The notes beneath the pieces are model-generated. The model saw only the letters and a program-made list of their open reading frames with translations. It had not been told where the DNA came from and ran no database searches. A stretch of 64,000 bases of DNA from Lama guanicoe (lineage: Eukaryota), in contig MU057357.1 in assembly GCA_013239625.1 (NCBI GenBank), positions 20,659,298-20,723,297 of the forward strand. Reading direction: 5' to 3'. Positions 9,296-21,950 of this stretch are shown here, in pieces. The position numbers were made by a program, and so were the translations under genes. How positions within the stretch are numbered: position 1 is the first letter of the stretch; the number at the start of each line of letters is the position of its first letter.

Positions 9296-11889
9296 TGTCA
9301 TAACAAGTAAAAGTGACTGAAGCAGAAGTTTCCTCCTAAAGCAGTGCTCATCTCTACCATGTGAGTGCAGCCTGAAATATTATAGTCCAGATTTTTAAAT
9401 GCTAGTCAGGACCCATTAAATTGATCCACAACCTATTAACAAGGGTGACATGCAGTTTGGAAAAAAATCATAGATCTAGGCCAATCTCTCTCTCACAGAC
9501 GGGGAAACTGAGTTCCAGGGAGAGGAGCCGCTTACCAGAGCCGCTCAGCCAACTGGGGGCTGACTCACTTCCCTCCCATCCCCAGCACCTCCTGCCACGC
9601 CTCTCCCAGGCGGCCGGCTTTATGACCCGCTGGACAACTGCTGATGGCCTTTTCCTCTTCCTACCCACCCTCCACCAAAGCTGGCCCTGATCACACAGGC
9701 GATGGTCAGCAACAGGTTTCTCATTTCAAAGTCCTCCCAGCCATTCCTTGGAAGATCAGAGTAGGGGCTTGTTACCCTCTGTCCAGCCTCCTTTCCTTTG
9801 AAGTCTCTGACATCTGGTTTCAATTGCCGCGGAGTGTTGTAGTTTGATGGGCAGTTACCTCTCAGTGTCCAGTACAAGCACAGTGGACACAGAGGCCAGC
9901 TGCCGTCTCCTCGCTTTCAGTCACACACCCTGCCCTCTCGGTGCCTCGCCAGCCCCCTGCGCCCCTGGATTTAACACTCTCTCCGCCCGCAAGGTCACCC
10001 CCTCTGCTACCTAACATGTCCAGGAATGGCTCTCCCAGGCTATGTGGTGTTCTGCTGTTCAGATTTCCACTCATTTCTGCAGCTCATCCCTGCCCCCTTC
10101 TTCACTCCTACCCCCAGAGGAAAGCAGGGAAAATAATGGGCCGGGTTGAGCTGCCACAGCTAAATAATTTGACGGGGCTGCTTCACCTGTTCGTTTGTTT
10201 GTGTCTCAAATGATTACTCCTTGCCTGGCTGCCTGTAGCTTGCTTTACAATAGAGTTGGAGATTCTATGACACAGTGACAAATTCGAACTTACAAATTAG
10301 GACGCTTTGTGGTTATTTGCTATTTATGGTAAGCAAGAGGCAGACAGGGCAAAGGAAGGATGGAAGGTTGTTTGTCTAGTTTTTAGTAGCAGAAAGATGG
10401 GAAGTCGACTGTGAAAAAGCTGTTCAGTGTATTTAGCCATTTCCTTCAGCTCCTGGCTTTATTAACCAGTATCCTGAGGGTGCCTGACAAAGGCGTCTGA
10501 TCATGTACAGTGGTGCAAAGGGACCACATAGAAACGGGTGGAACCGTGCTCGGGCTTATTCAGGGAGTCTGGCTGGAGGGCAGCTCTGGGATGGAGACCA
10601 CACCCCACAACACATGGGCGTGAACACCGGTCACCAGAACTCCTTCTGGCCCCACCCAGGGCTGACTCACGGTTTCATTCAGTTCATAAAGGTTGCTGAA
10701 TGAATGATGGGTGTGAGCGAATAAACAAGTGAATGGATGGGTGAATGAATCACCAAGAGCCGAGGTCCCAACTGCCTGCCTGCCCCAAGGCCCAGCCAGG
10801 TTTGGTCACATGCTACTTGTAGTATTTTGAATAAGTTGCCAACATTGACAAGTCTGGAGATTCTCCATGGGGATTGTTTTGCTTCCTGGGGCAGGGGTGG
10901 GGGGGTGTTGGTTTTTTTTTTTTTTTTTTTTTTTGAGTCAGGGTGGTGGCCTCCTTTAAACCAGGCGAACAGGATCCCTCCGCCCCCTTCTCTCCCACCC
11001 TTTACTCTCCGGAAGCCTGGTTGGCCATCCTTCCTCACAGCAGCTGCTTGCATCCAAGAAGTATTTGAAATTGCCACACCCTGACCTAAAGGCACAGCCC
11101 CTGGTGGCTTCCGCCAAATGAGTCTGAGTCCCTTTGAGCCCGTATTCTTTCCCATCCAGTTTTGTGCAAACACGAACAACAATGTCTGGGGTTTCCTCTG
11201 GCTTTGGCCATTGTGCCTGATGATTTTGTAATAGGTGGGCCCTCAGGTAGCTTTGGTTCAAAAAAGTTCCATCTGACTCCGAGAAGGCTGAGAAGGGAAG
11301 GCCTACTCCCTATGCAGGCAGGGTGTGGGGGTGGGTGCAGGGGTGAGGGTAGGGGTGTGAAGACATAGCAGCGGCTCCCCGAGGGGCCGTGCACGGATCG
11401 GTGTTTTCCAGGGGGAGAGTCAATTCGTTAACCCAGATTTTTTTTTTTCGAGCCATTTTTGATGGGTGTCGTTCACTGTGTGTGTCGGTGCATCACCTGA
11501 TGTTTTAAACAGAGTATATGGTTGGACCCTGCCTGGGGTCATCGTTACCCACAGTCATTACTGCCTGGCAGGGCCTTTTGTGCTGGTCCTGGGGCCTCTG
11601 CTGTGGAGTAAAGAGGGTGGGTTTGTGTGTGCACCTCTGTCACTGCTGTTTCTGCAGCTTGGGGCCGTTCTCCCTCAACTTAGGCCGTGGTCCTGACTTC
11701 CTCGACAGCACACAGAAGTGACTTCAGGAATGTGTGTGTGTGTCTCTCTGTCTGTCTTGGTTTTCCTTTTTCCTTCCTTCTCTGCAGGCCCAGGCTTGGA
11801 GAGGAGACAGTATTGGAATCTTCCTCCTGCTGGGTTTCAACACGGGTCTATCATGCAGCATTCACTTCCCCTCCTTTGCCTTTACGCAG

Positions 11890-12006
11890 ACTCAAAGCCC
11901 ACAGTAGAGACACTGGGACCCACCGTGAAGAGCGAAGAGACCACCACCCCATACCCCATCGACGAGGAGGCCACGGACTGTGGGGAGAACTGCAGCTTCG
12001 AGGATG
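11890..12006 (+). CDS. NRP2: NRP2 exon 11 (117 nt), Thr/acid-rich b2-MAM linker: (D)SKPTVETLGPTVKSEETTTPYPIDEEATDCGENCSFED
   Basis: Acceptor ttacgcag|AC and donor GATG|gtgagg. Phase 1/1. This linker carries the O-glycans that are polysialylated in NRP2. Confidence 0.95.
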
Positions 12007-14669
12007 GTGAGGATGGGGCCAGAGTCTTATTTCATCCAGGGTGGCACAGGGGCCAACCAGTAGGCTGGCCCATGTCTGGGGCAGAGACCCGGGGGCCCCC
12101 TGGGTCAGAGGTCAGGGAGGTGCGGCACATAGGGGCTGGGGGCAGTGGCCGTCTCGAACCGGTTGAGAATCATTTAGGTACTGGAACAACCGGGACAGCC
12201 TCAATGGTCATCAGCTGAGATAAGGATCTGTCCAAAGAGGACTCCTCCTTTGAGAAGCCTCCTTTCTTAGCCCTCACTTCACATCTTTAGAGTCCACAGC
12301 CATGATCTCTCTTCCCGCTGAGCTGTGAAGTCAGGTCCCCATGGTAGAATCCAGTGACGATCTGGTGTCGTCTGGGGGACTTGGTCGTGGAGCACGATTG
12401 TTGGGTTAACTCAGTGGCTAACCATGACTTAATTGCATTTCCCTATGTCTTTCACCACCACTGGCTGAGAAAGCAGGACAATTATGACAGTTAGATGGTG
12501 CATCTCAGCCTCCGTGAGGTGAGTGCAGGTCAGTGACAAAGGCGAAGGGGCCAGAAGGCGTCTCAAGCATTCCTTCAAAACTCAGGGCCTCCTCATTTCA
12601 GACCAGTCCCTTCACATGGGAAATCTGTGTTACTTTCATTTCATCTTCTACGCATATCTAACTTAGATACAAACACTAATTGGCAGAGCCCAAAAGGACG
12701 TCACATCGTAAATCTTCCTGCTAAGGTCACAGAGCACGAAGACATTCCTAACAAACCACAAATTTTGGAACACCTGGCATTTTTGGCTAGAATTTAATGC
12801 CTGACAGCCTCAATTTACAGTAAACTACTGATCATTATTAAACACTCATTAAACCAGATGAGGGAAGATGGGTGAAGAGGCTTGGAAAGTGATGGAGACA
12901 TAAAAATGTAGCACCAAGTCAGGAGGCAGAGGGTGAAACCTGTGGAACCTGCAGCCTTAGCCACTCAACAGTATTAACAGGAGCTGCACTGACGGAGTGG
13001 ACGGCTCCCAAAAATGGCTACAAAGAAGAATGGGATGAGAGCCAAAAATAAATGCTGAAGCTGTGTGACTGCAAAATGATAATTTAATGCATATGCTTTT
13101 AGGAATGTGCTTTTGTACATTGCGTGGGCGGGGGGAACCCTCTTGGTCAGGGATAGCTGAATACAGAATTCTGACATTTTAATGAACTTCTTGTTGTTTT
13201 ATGAAGAGGAGAAAGAGACTTAGAGAATCTTCCAAGACATGTTTAAAAGAGTTTGAGAGCCAGCAGGGGAACGCAGTCATTTACGACATGGTGTTGGATT
13301 AGCGGGGTCAGCTTGGTGGAGGGCAAAAGGAGCGGGTTTCATCTAAATGGCAAACCGAAGGAAAATTTCAGGGTTCTGCTGAAAACTTTCAGAAGTTTAA
13401 TATAATTTTCCCGTTTATAGTGGTTTGTTTCATTTGAGGTTTCTTTGGTGGTTCCTCCCATCTCTCTCTCTCTTTTTTTTTTTCAAAAGATCTCTTTGTA
13501 GAATTGGGTTCCTGAGATACAGAGTGCATATAAACATTAGAGGGGAATTATGGTTTATTGAATTACTCCATATTTTTGAAACGAAAAATAGAAATTTAGA
13601 AATTGTCAGGAGAAAGGGATGGTGAGGGCTAAGGGCTGGGTTTTCCAAGCCACAGGTTGATGCTTCAGTAATAGATTCCATGTGTTTCTTCTTGGCTTCA
13701 AGCTGACTTTGGCCAAGGGTGGGCAAATATTAAATAAGCTCTCTTGGGAAGGGGAAGCATGAACAGGGCTCGGTGTGATCTGTCCCTGAGGCCAGCAGTG
13801 TCCTTCCCCTCAGAGGTGAGCCCTGCAGCACCGCTGCCTGGGGTGTGAGCAATTTGTTTCCAGCAGTCTGTTGTTCCCTTTAGACTTCCTAACCTGCATT
13901 CTAGGCCTTCCCCACGGAAATTCCTCTCTGAGAACCCTGAGAAGGGAAGTGAAAAGGCCAAAGACCCCACTTCCTCCCTGCCACCAGCGTTAGCCAACAC
14001 TTTTCCGCTGTCTCCACAGCCACCGCCTGCAAGAGTCCAAATTTGGGTCCCCATTTCCTCTCTTTCCCCTGCCTCCTCCCCAGCCGCACAGAATCACATG
14101 TCTGGCACCAGCTCAGACTGGATTTTTAGAGCTGAGTAGGACCTCAAAAGAAACTTGGGTTCTGTCTGTTAGCTTAGAGGTGGGCAGCCAAGCAGACGCG
14201 GACAAGCGTTGTGTGGTCTCGGCTTAAATTTCCATTCTCTGCTGCCCCTGGAATCCTGGCCCTTGGGCACTCAGTGCCATGTGCAATGATTTTCCCTCCT
14301 GATCAGCGCTGGGCTGGTCTGTAGGCTGGTCTGCCCACCCCTCCACGCCCCATTTTGCCCTAACATGCCAAGTTTCCCGCCTGGCAGTGCCTCCCCACAG
14401 GGATGCTGAACTGACTGGGTCTTCGAGACCTGTCATAGGGAGGTGAAGGGGAGCAAACAAACCTTGGCTTTCGGGCCTGGGAAGGATGAGAGCAAAGGCT
14501 GACCCAAAAGCCAACAATCACCAAGCTGAGTTAAATGAATAAGCAACGGGAACCACTTCTTTCTCAGCTGTCTCCTTAGGCCTTGCCAGCCATTCAAATA
14601 GCGCCACCGTGGCTGTTTTCAGAACCTGTTTCATTTGCCTTGTTTTGGATTATTTTTCCCCCCTTTTAG

Positions 14670-14810
14670 ACAAAGATTTGCAGCTCCCTTCAGGATTCAA
14701 CTGCAATTTTGACTTCCCCGAGGAGCCCTGTGGTTGGATGTATGACCATGCCAAGTGGCTCCGGAGCACCTGGACCAGCAGCTCCAGCCCCGACGACCGG
14801 ACGTTTCCAG
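14670..14810 (+). CDS. NRP2: NRP2 exon 12 (141 nt), start of MAM domain: (D)KDLQLPSGFNCNFDFPEEPCGWMYDHAKWLRSTWTSSSSPDDRTFP
   Basis: Acceptor ccttttag|AC and donor CCAG|gtaagc. MAM signature CNFD...CGW. Confidence 0.96.
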
Positions 14811-16516
14811 GTAAGCCGGCCGCAAATTAAGAGATGAAAGAGTTAAGGCCAGCCTGCTCCACGTCTTTCAGCCCCAGGTTCCCTGACGAGCTTCCTAACT
14901 TCCCACCACAGAGCAGCCCTCTGCTCTTTGCCCACAAACCACCAGCCTTGTCTTACAACGTCACCCTCCAGAATAGCCGGTTGGCGGTTCTGAGCCCTGT
15001 CTTGTGATTACAGTGCAGCCTGGAAGCGGGGAGGGAGTGAGAGAGGCCAAGATAAAAGACAGAGGAAGAAGAAAGAAAGAGCAGTTGGGAGGGCCCAGGA
15101 GAAGGGGTGAGTCAGTGTCCCTTTGTTCCCATGGCCAGTGCTTGCTGCCACCATCACAGAGCCTCCTGTCAACTCCAAGCTGAGTATTGTTCCTAAAATG
15201 GCTCATGGGGGAAGCCCTGGCCTCAGGTCAGACTGGTCCTTCTTGGAGGGTACCGTTGCTTCTGTAGCATCCCAGTCGAGGGCCTGAAACACCGCCACAT
15301 CCATGGGTTTCTAGCAGAGCTGCCTGCCACTGGCCTCTCAAAGAGCGTGGCTGCCAGTTCTTGAGATATTGTGAAGCCGCCCTTTGGGTTTCAGAGAGCC
15401 ACATTTCAGAGCCTCTCCGGCACTGCTGAGAGAAGGGTTGCCTCCAGCCCTTCTAAACAGGTAGAAGCGAAGGTTGTCCACTCTCCCCACTGGCTCATGT
15501 TTTCACAGTGTTGTTCTGGGAAATGTTTAAGAACTGGCTCTCCAAGTTAAAAACAAAAATACCTGCTTTGGAATATTTGCCACTGTCCGTGGTGTAAATC
15601 CTCCCACTATGGTTGAATTCAAGCCACCAATGTGACATCATCGGAGGTGGCGTTGAGAAGGGCAGCAACGCAGCCTTAGATAGGTTTTTTTCCATTACGC
15701 AGATACAATAGATGTAAATAGTTTTGGGGGCATAGATACCGGTACAGTGTGCTAAAATCACTAGGAAGTGTTGAGATTTGGTTTTTAATTTAGCTTTATA
15801 TAATTTAATTTTTAATAATGCTTGCCTTTAACAGCTGGCTTGCAAAATTCCAGAAAGTGTAACAGTCTGCTCTCACCAGCCAGTGGTACACATTGCTCCA
15901 GCACATCACATGTTAGCTTTCAGTTTTCCTGGACCTTAGGCCTGCATAAACATTTGAGAGGAAAGGGGTTAATTCAGAAAATTAGTAGATCATATGTTGC
16001 CTGATTAGAGAATAAAAGGGGGGAGGGACCTCCCTGCTGCACAGGCCCCCAGAGATGCTCTGCTGTCCCTCACCCCAAAGACTGGCCGTGTCCCCTGTCC
16101 CCAGGGGATGGCAGTGGGACAGACGTTAGGAGAGCACCGCGGGCCGCCTCCTGACACAGCCCGCACTTGCTTTCCCGGAGGGTCACAGCGTCTGCTCTGG
16201 AGAAAAAACATTTTCATATTTCAAGTGTTTATCTCTTCAGCATTTGAGTGCTCAGAGAGATTAATATCTGAAGATCACCACGGCCTCGGGCAACAGGAGA
16301 GAACACTTACCCTCGCCCCAGCCTTAATCACCCTCCCCCTTCTCGTTCACTGCAATAATGTTTAATTAATATAATGAGCCTCCTGCACGTTGGGAAAAAA
16401 AATACTTATTTTTATAACCCAGCCTGGATTTTTCATTTCATTTCCTCTCCTTTGAGACTTGGCCCAATTAATTGGTGCTTTTTCCCAACCCCCACTTTTT
16501 ATCCGAACGTAAAGAA

Positions 16517-16791
16517 GGTTTGTGGCTGTGTATGTGTGTGTGTGCATGGTATTTATAGGTGTGTATTTGTGGGTTGTGTGTGTATGTGTTTCTTTCTCAA
16601 GGTGTTTGTGTTTTTTATGTGTATATGCATTTGTTGTGTGTTCTTATGGGTAAATGTATGCGTGTTTGTAGATATGTGTGTGTATTTGGTTTGTGTGCAT
16701 GTGTAAATCTGTGTAGATGTTTGTGTGTGTCTGTATGTTTGTGTTTGTGGTTTATATGCACAAGCGTGTGTGTGTGTGTGTGTGTGTGTGT
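16517..16791 (+). repeat. Degenerate (TG)n low-complexity tract ending in perfect (GT)13
   Basis: Directly visible. Perfect run at 16766-16791. Confidence 0.92.
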
Positions 16792-18399
16792 AAGGTGTGG
16801 TAAGGGGGCAGCTTGGCTGAGGCACTTTGAATAAAGGGATGCAAAGGACACAGTAAGGGGAGATTTCCTGGCTCTTATCCATCGCGCCCATCTTCAGGTT
16901 CTTTCTAATAATTCAGCCTCCTCCCTTGCACTCTTCTGAGCAGATTTTCTCTAAGAATGTCTGAGGCCAGCCCTCTGCAGGCTCCAAGGCCACCAATTAG
17001 CACGTGACACTTTGTGGGGAGCTTGAGTTCCTCTCCCTTTGACGCCGTTCCCTCCGCCCTCTCCTCACCTTCCCCTGATGCCCCAGCGGCCGGCGACCCG
17101 GCCACTGGCTGGGGATCCTCATTGCTGCCCTCATTTCACTTGAGTCATGACACCCTGCGGTTCGGGAGGGCTTTTCAGAGCACTGTCATGGAGTGGGCAG
17201 AAGCCCAAGCTCTGGCTGGCTGGTGGGGATGGGGAGAGAATTAGGGCCACACGGCACTGCTAGAGCTCATGTAGTTTCTCCCTTAAGAGTTATTTTCCTC
17301 TTCCAGAGGAATCCCTCAAGTTTGGGAAAGTGGCACTTGGACACTGCTCCCAAAAAACAAAATCTTAATATTGTCTTGAGAGCCCTTCCGTCCAGCCTCT
17401 GATGATTTAAAAACTCATTGGCTGTACTTCCCATTTCCCTTCTCCTTACAAGACTCGATACCGGGCTTTAGGCAGGAGAGGATAGAAAGCTCTTTCTGTT
17501 CAGGGTGGTCCTTTCTTCTTCTTCTTCTTTAAAAAAAAGATGGGGGCCCTGCGGGGAGCAGTTGGGAGAAAGGAAACAGCTGTGCTTGGTTAGGGGCAGG
17601 GCCAGTGCCAGTGGGTTCAGAGCCCGGGACCTTCCAAGTCAAACCTGGAAGCCACTGTGCCACCCACTGATCACCACTCACAAAGAGGAGACCGCCCCAC
17701 TCTTTGAGAGAAGTGTGCTCTGTGTTTTATCCCGTTATTAGATATGTAAACAACAGTAATTACACTTAAGGAAGGCGGCATCTCCATCGAGGATAGAGGG
17801 AGCCCAGAGGAAAGAAAAAAGGAAGCAGCCGTGTTGAAATATCAGACACAGGCTGTTTGATTAGACGTGTCTGTGGAAATGACTTAAACATTCCTTAGAT
17901 GTTTTCTGATTTAGTATTCTCATGTTTTGTTTTGTTTTTCTTTTCTTTTCCTTTTAAGTAAGCACTTAGCTCTGTTCTTTTGGCTAGTGGTATTGGTTGC
18001 TTAAGGCTGACAAGACACCCACTGGTTTTATTCCACTGTTTTTGTTTTTCAAGATAGTCTTTCGAGACACTCAGAGTTTTCTTTTTTTAGCTTGTGGCTT
18101 AGATGCCTGGAGTGTGTTCCTGCCAGCCCCTGGGGACCGTGTTCCAAATCCAGTGACCCCTGGTGGTTGTAGAGGAGCCGGTACCACGTTCCCTGAGAAG
18201 CCACCTAGCCTTTGCCCTGTACCTACAGGGACACAGAAAATGTCTTCCCTAGCGGGAGCTGCTATGTTTCCTACAAACGTTCTCTGGGGTGTTGACCATA
18301 AACAGAAACATTTGAGGCCGATCAGATTCAGATCTTTAAGAAAGGCAAAATCTCCCTGAGATGCTCTGGTGAGCCCGTGGGTCTAGAGCTGCCCCATTT

Positions 18400-18515
18400 A
18401 CCTGCCCTGCTAACGTGGTAGCCGCTAGCCACATGTGACTATTTTCATTGTAATTACTTCAAATTAAATCCAGATAAAACATCAGTTCCTCCATCACACC
18501 AGCCACATTTCAGGC
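18400..18515. mobile_element. hAT-Charlie MITE fragment (MER3/MER33-like)
   Basis: tggtagccgctagccacatgtgacta...aaattaaat...cagttcctc...agccacatttca. Confidence 0.6.
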
Positions 18516-21500
18516 TTTGGTGTAAACCAAGAGGCAAGTAAGTAGGAGGCTGTGCCTTCTCTATGACCCCTTGGTGGATGTGTTCAGTGGCTGGTCTTTT
18601 TGTCACTGTGTCATTCTACCTCAGTGAGTAATCATAGTAAAGTAAGCGAATAACATAGCATTAGATAGTGTAGGAACTATTTTATTCAGTCAAAAGAGTA
18701 AACACCAAGTAATACCAGGAATAGTAATGCTAATTGTTTTACTATTATTATGATGATTATCGTCAGGAATGAGACAAGAAGACCAGAGATAAAGCTTTAG
18801 AATCTTCAAATGCGTGTTCTCCGTATTTGTTGACCTCGTGCAGTGTGATTACGGTATTACTTCATTTCAGTAACTCTAAGTCATGGGAGTGATACGTAGA
18901 AAACGGGCAAAGGCAATTCGGAATAGCACACGATTATAAGAGGGCAGAGATTTGGCTACCTAGCAATTATATGTTTATCGGATTGAGAGACCGGAACCTT
19001 TATTCTGGGCTCAAAAACAAGCTCAAGTGAGAGTTAAGTCAAGAACACCATGTTCTGAAATACTCGAATTTTACAAATGGCGGCCGTTCCATCAAATGTA
19101 AGTGCTGGGCCTGTTGACGTCTCGTCGGGCTGTCCCAGTGCAGGCTGAGCCACTGCATAAGCTCCGTGAGAGTGGAGAGCCAGACCTGTGAGTCACTGTG
19201 GGCTTACACACACAAGAGGCTCGAGTGTGGGTGGGGGTGGTGGGCAGCTGGGCACAGAGAAAATGACTGATGAGCGAACTTGCTTGCAAGGGGCTTGATT
19301 TTGGGTAGTGAGCTAGCAGTGACTCCGTGGATTAAAAAGAAATCTGTGAACTCAAAAGACCTTCCTCAGAGGCGGGACCGATGGTAGCAAACAATTCAGA
19401 CACTGGATTGGCAGGAGCTTGAATTGCCTTCAGAAAGAGGTTGCTGTGGCTTGGCAGGGCACAGCCACTGTAAACACGGAGACGGGAACGTCTCGGGCTT
19501 AGACCGTGCTGGGTAATTAAAGAGCAGGGACAGCTTGGCTAAAAGAAAGCCAATATTCAAGGAATAACTTCAGCTGGAAAAGGAAAGCATAGAGGCCCCT
19601 CTTTAAGGAAAGTAGGACAGAAAACATCTCTGACTTTGTAGAAAAGACAGCAGGAGAGAGAAGAAGCTATTATTCTTTTCTGAAAATCGCGATTGGTTGA
19701 GTGTGCAGATGGGTAATGAAGGGGCAGAGTGATAACAAGACTGACTCAACCGCAGACAGCTGACACGCAAAGCTGACATACCAAAAAAATAGCCGTTCTA
19801 GAGACTCCTGCAAAGCCCCGGCCTGAAACCTCAAATGTCCACAAAATGGTCAGTTGTAAACCTTGAGCACATCCCGCTGAGTTCATCCAAAGTCAGTGTT
19901 TCCTTTAGCCAGTTGTTAATTTGAGGACCTTAGCAGAGATAGACCGACCTTGGGAGGCCAGCTGAGGGGCTGACTCATGTTTTAAGCATGACCTACACAG
20001 AGACCATCTCTCCCGCTGTACTACATTTTCTTTCAGATGGTGGTTCTGGTAGGAGGGCGCGATGCTCGCCAGGAGATGTGTGTGTTGGGCAGATGGTGTG
20101 TTTGGCTTTGCGATAACCAGGAGGATCAGACTGGTGATTTATTTCAGGGTTTGGTAAGGTGTCGGCGCCATTGACTCCATGGCTGTTGGGCCAAGAGCAG
20201 TCACGTGATCACCCGGCACTCAGGCAGCTGAAGCCAGATGCGGTCGTAAATCGCTAGGTGAAATGTCAGGAGACCCTTTCTAGGGACAGCAGCAGGTTAA
20301 GACGCCTGCATGACTTGGTCCTCTGCACTTCCTCTCTACCCTTCTGAACCCCTCTTGTTCATTCCCGTGCGATTGTTTTCCCTGCGTCACGGGCAACAAC
20401 AGATGTTTTGAGTCAAGGACCTAGCAAAATGCTTCCCAAGTATGTCAGGTCCGGGAGGAGAGGGATTGGATCTCTGGGACACTTTTTTCTTCATTCCCTT
20501 TCTGCGACTGAGTGTGCTTCCTTTGCATTGTTTATTTGCTGGAAGCTATCCATTGCCGACATCACTGCCATCAGCTACAAAAACAAGACAGCCTCCAGTA
20601 AGCAGGGCTGGTTCTTAGCTGGTTGACTGTCAGGTTTGGGGACCTCTTCACCATCCTTTGGCTTTTCTCCAAAGCCTAAGTAAATCTATAAAGCAGCCCA
20701 CCCATGCCAGGCCAACCCTTTGCTCTACCAAGTAATCAACAGCCACGGCTGCTTAAAAGTTCCTCTGGGTTTGGTAGCGGTGGGCCATAAATTAGAACGT
20801 CCCAGAAGAGCAGACTTCACTGATGGCACATGTGCTTTGCTCTCAGCAGATAGATGGGTCCGCGACTTAAAAGAACTGAAGCCCTTAGCTTGGAGAAGGG
20901 TCCGTGGAGACCTCACACAATAAAAGGCCTGGAAAGTGGACATTTAAAAGAGACAAAGGTTGTGTTTCCTGAGGAAGTGAAGACCAGAGTCTTAATTCTT
21001 CATGAGTGAAAATGTTTCTCAGGCAGAGGACAGAAGTTGGCTGTGCTCCATCGGGCATGGAAGGAGGACATGTGTCTAAATGACAGCAGGAAAACTTAAA
21101 ACTGAATTTAAGAAGTTCTTGACAGTTAGGGTTGTGACCTAGAAAACACATTGGCGGCATGGCCTATGGAAACTCCTTCTCTGGAGAATTTAAAGCAAAG
21201 GGTGGACAGCTGTTCTGGGGATGTTTTCGGTGTGGTTCCTCTGGACAGCAGGGCTGGCCTCATCTAAACCGTCGTTTGAGGTTCTGCTCTCATTCCAGAA
21301 TCATGTATGATTTTGTTTAATCTACAGTAGATTGACACGGAAGACACATGGTAGACAACTAGGGGCTGGCTGGCTTCTGGGGTGAGGACAGATCTGGGAA
21401 CCATTTTATTCCAGAGGACATCTTTACTGTCCTCAAGCCAAACCTTACTTCCTTTGAGGCTTGGATTGGTCTTCCCAAGTTATGGGCACCCTTTTGATCC

Positions 21501-21574
21501 TTTCTTTTCTTTAAAAAAACAAAAACAAAACCGAAAAGACAAGCATAGGAGGCAGTGATGGTGGTAGAAATAAA

Positions 21575-21950
21575 GATCGTAGCTTTTATAGCACTTCTGC
21601 TGTGTCCCTGTTCCTGTGCAAAGCGGCTTACAGGGCTGGTTCCATCTCCTCCTGCTCACAACCCTGTGCAGGATTGCTGTTATTATATCCATTTCACAGA
21701 TGGGAAGACTGAGGCTTTCAAAGATTAGTGAGCACGAGGCTGGGATTCCAGCCCGGGTAAGAGGCAAGGCTCTGGTGATTTTACTCAGTCCAGTCAGAAC
21801 TCTCTAGCTGTGGTCTGGGTCGCATGACTTCAGTTCTCTGGGCCTCAGTTTCCTTTTTGGTAAAAATGGTACTTATTTCACAGGGGAGATGACATAAGGC
21901 GCCAGAGCCCCCAGGGTGACAGCTGGTGCGTCGAGGTGCTCAGCTAACAC
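21575..21950. mobile_element. Two adjacent MIR fragments in opposite orientation
   Basis: ctcacaaccctgtgcagg...ccatttcacagatgggaagactgaggct (minus), then ttctctgggcctcagtttccttt...gtaaaaatgg (plus). Confidence 0.6.

Noticed and set aside
12007-12218. Intron 11 read-through (70 extra codons) as a soluble isoform analogous to soluble NRP1
   Set aside because: The donor is strong and no poly(A) signal was noticed near the stop. An open frame of this length is unsurprising in GC-rich DNA.
14599-14615. Additional CTCF-like motifs (tagcgccaccgtgg here; also about 53720-53748 and 63772-63786)
   Set aside because: Only partial matches to the core, too weak to call without ChIP data.
16374-16891. 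Cys/Val- and His/Thr-rich ORFs
   Set aside because: Translations of the (TG)n/(CA)n tract.
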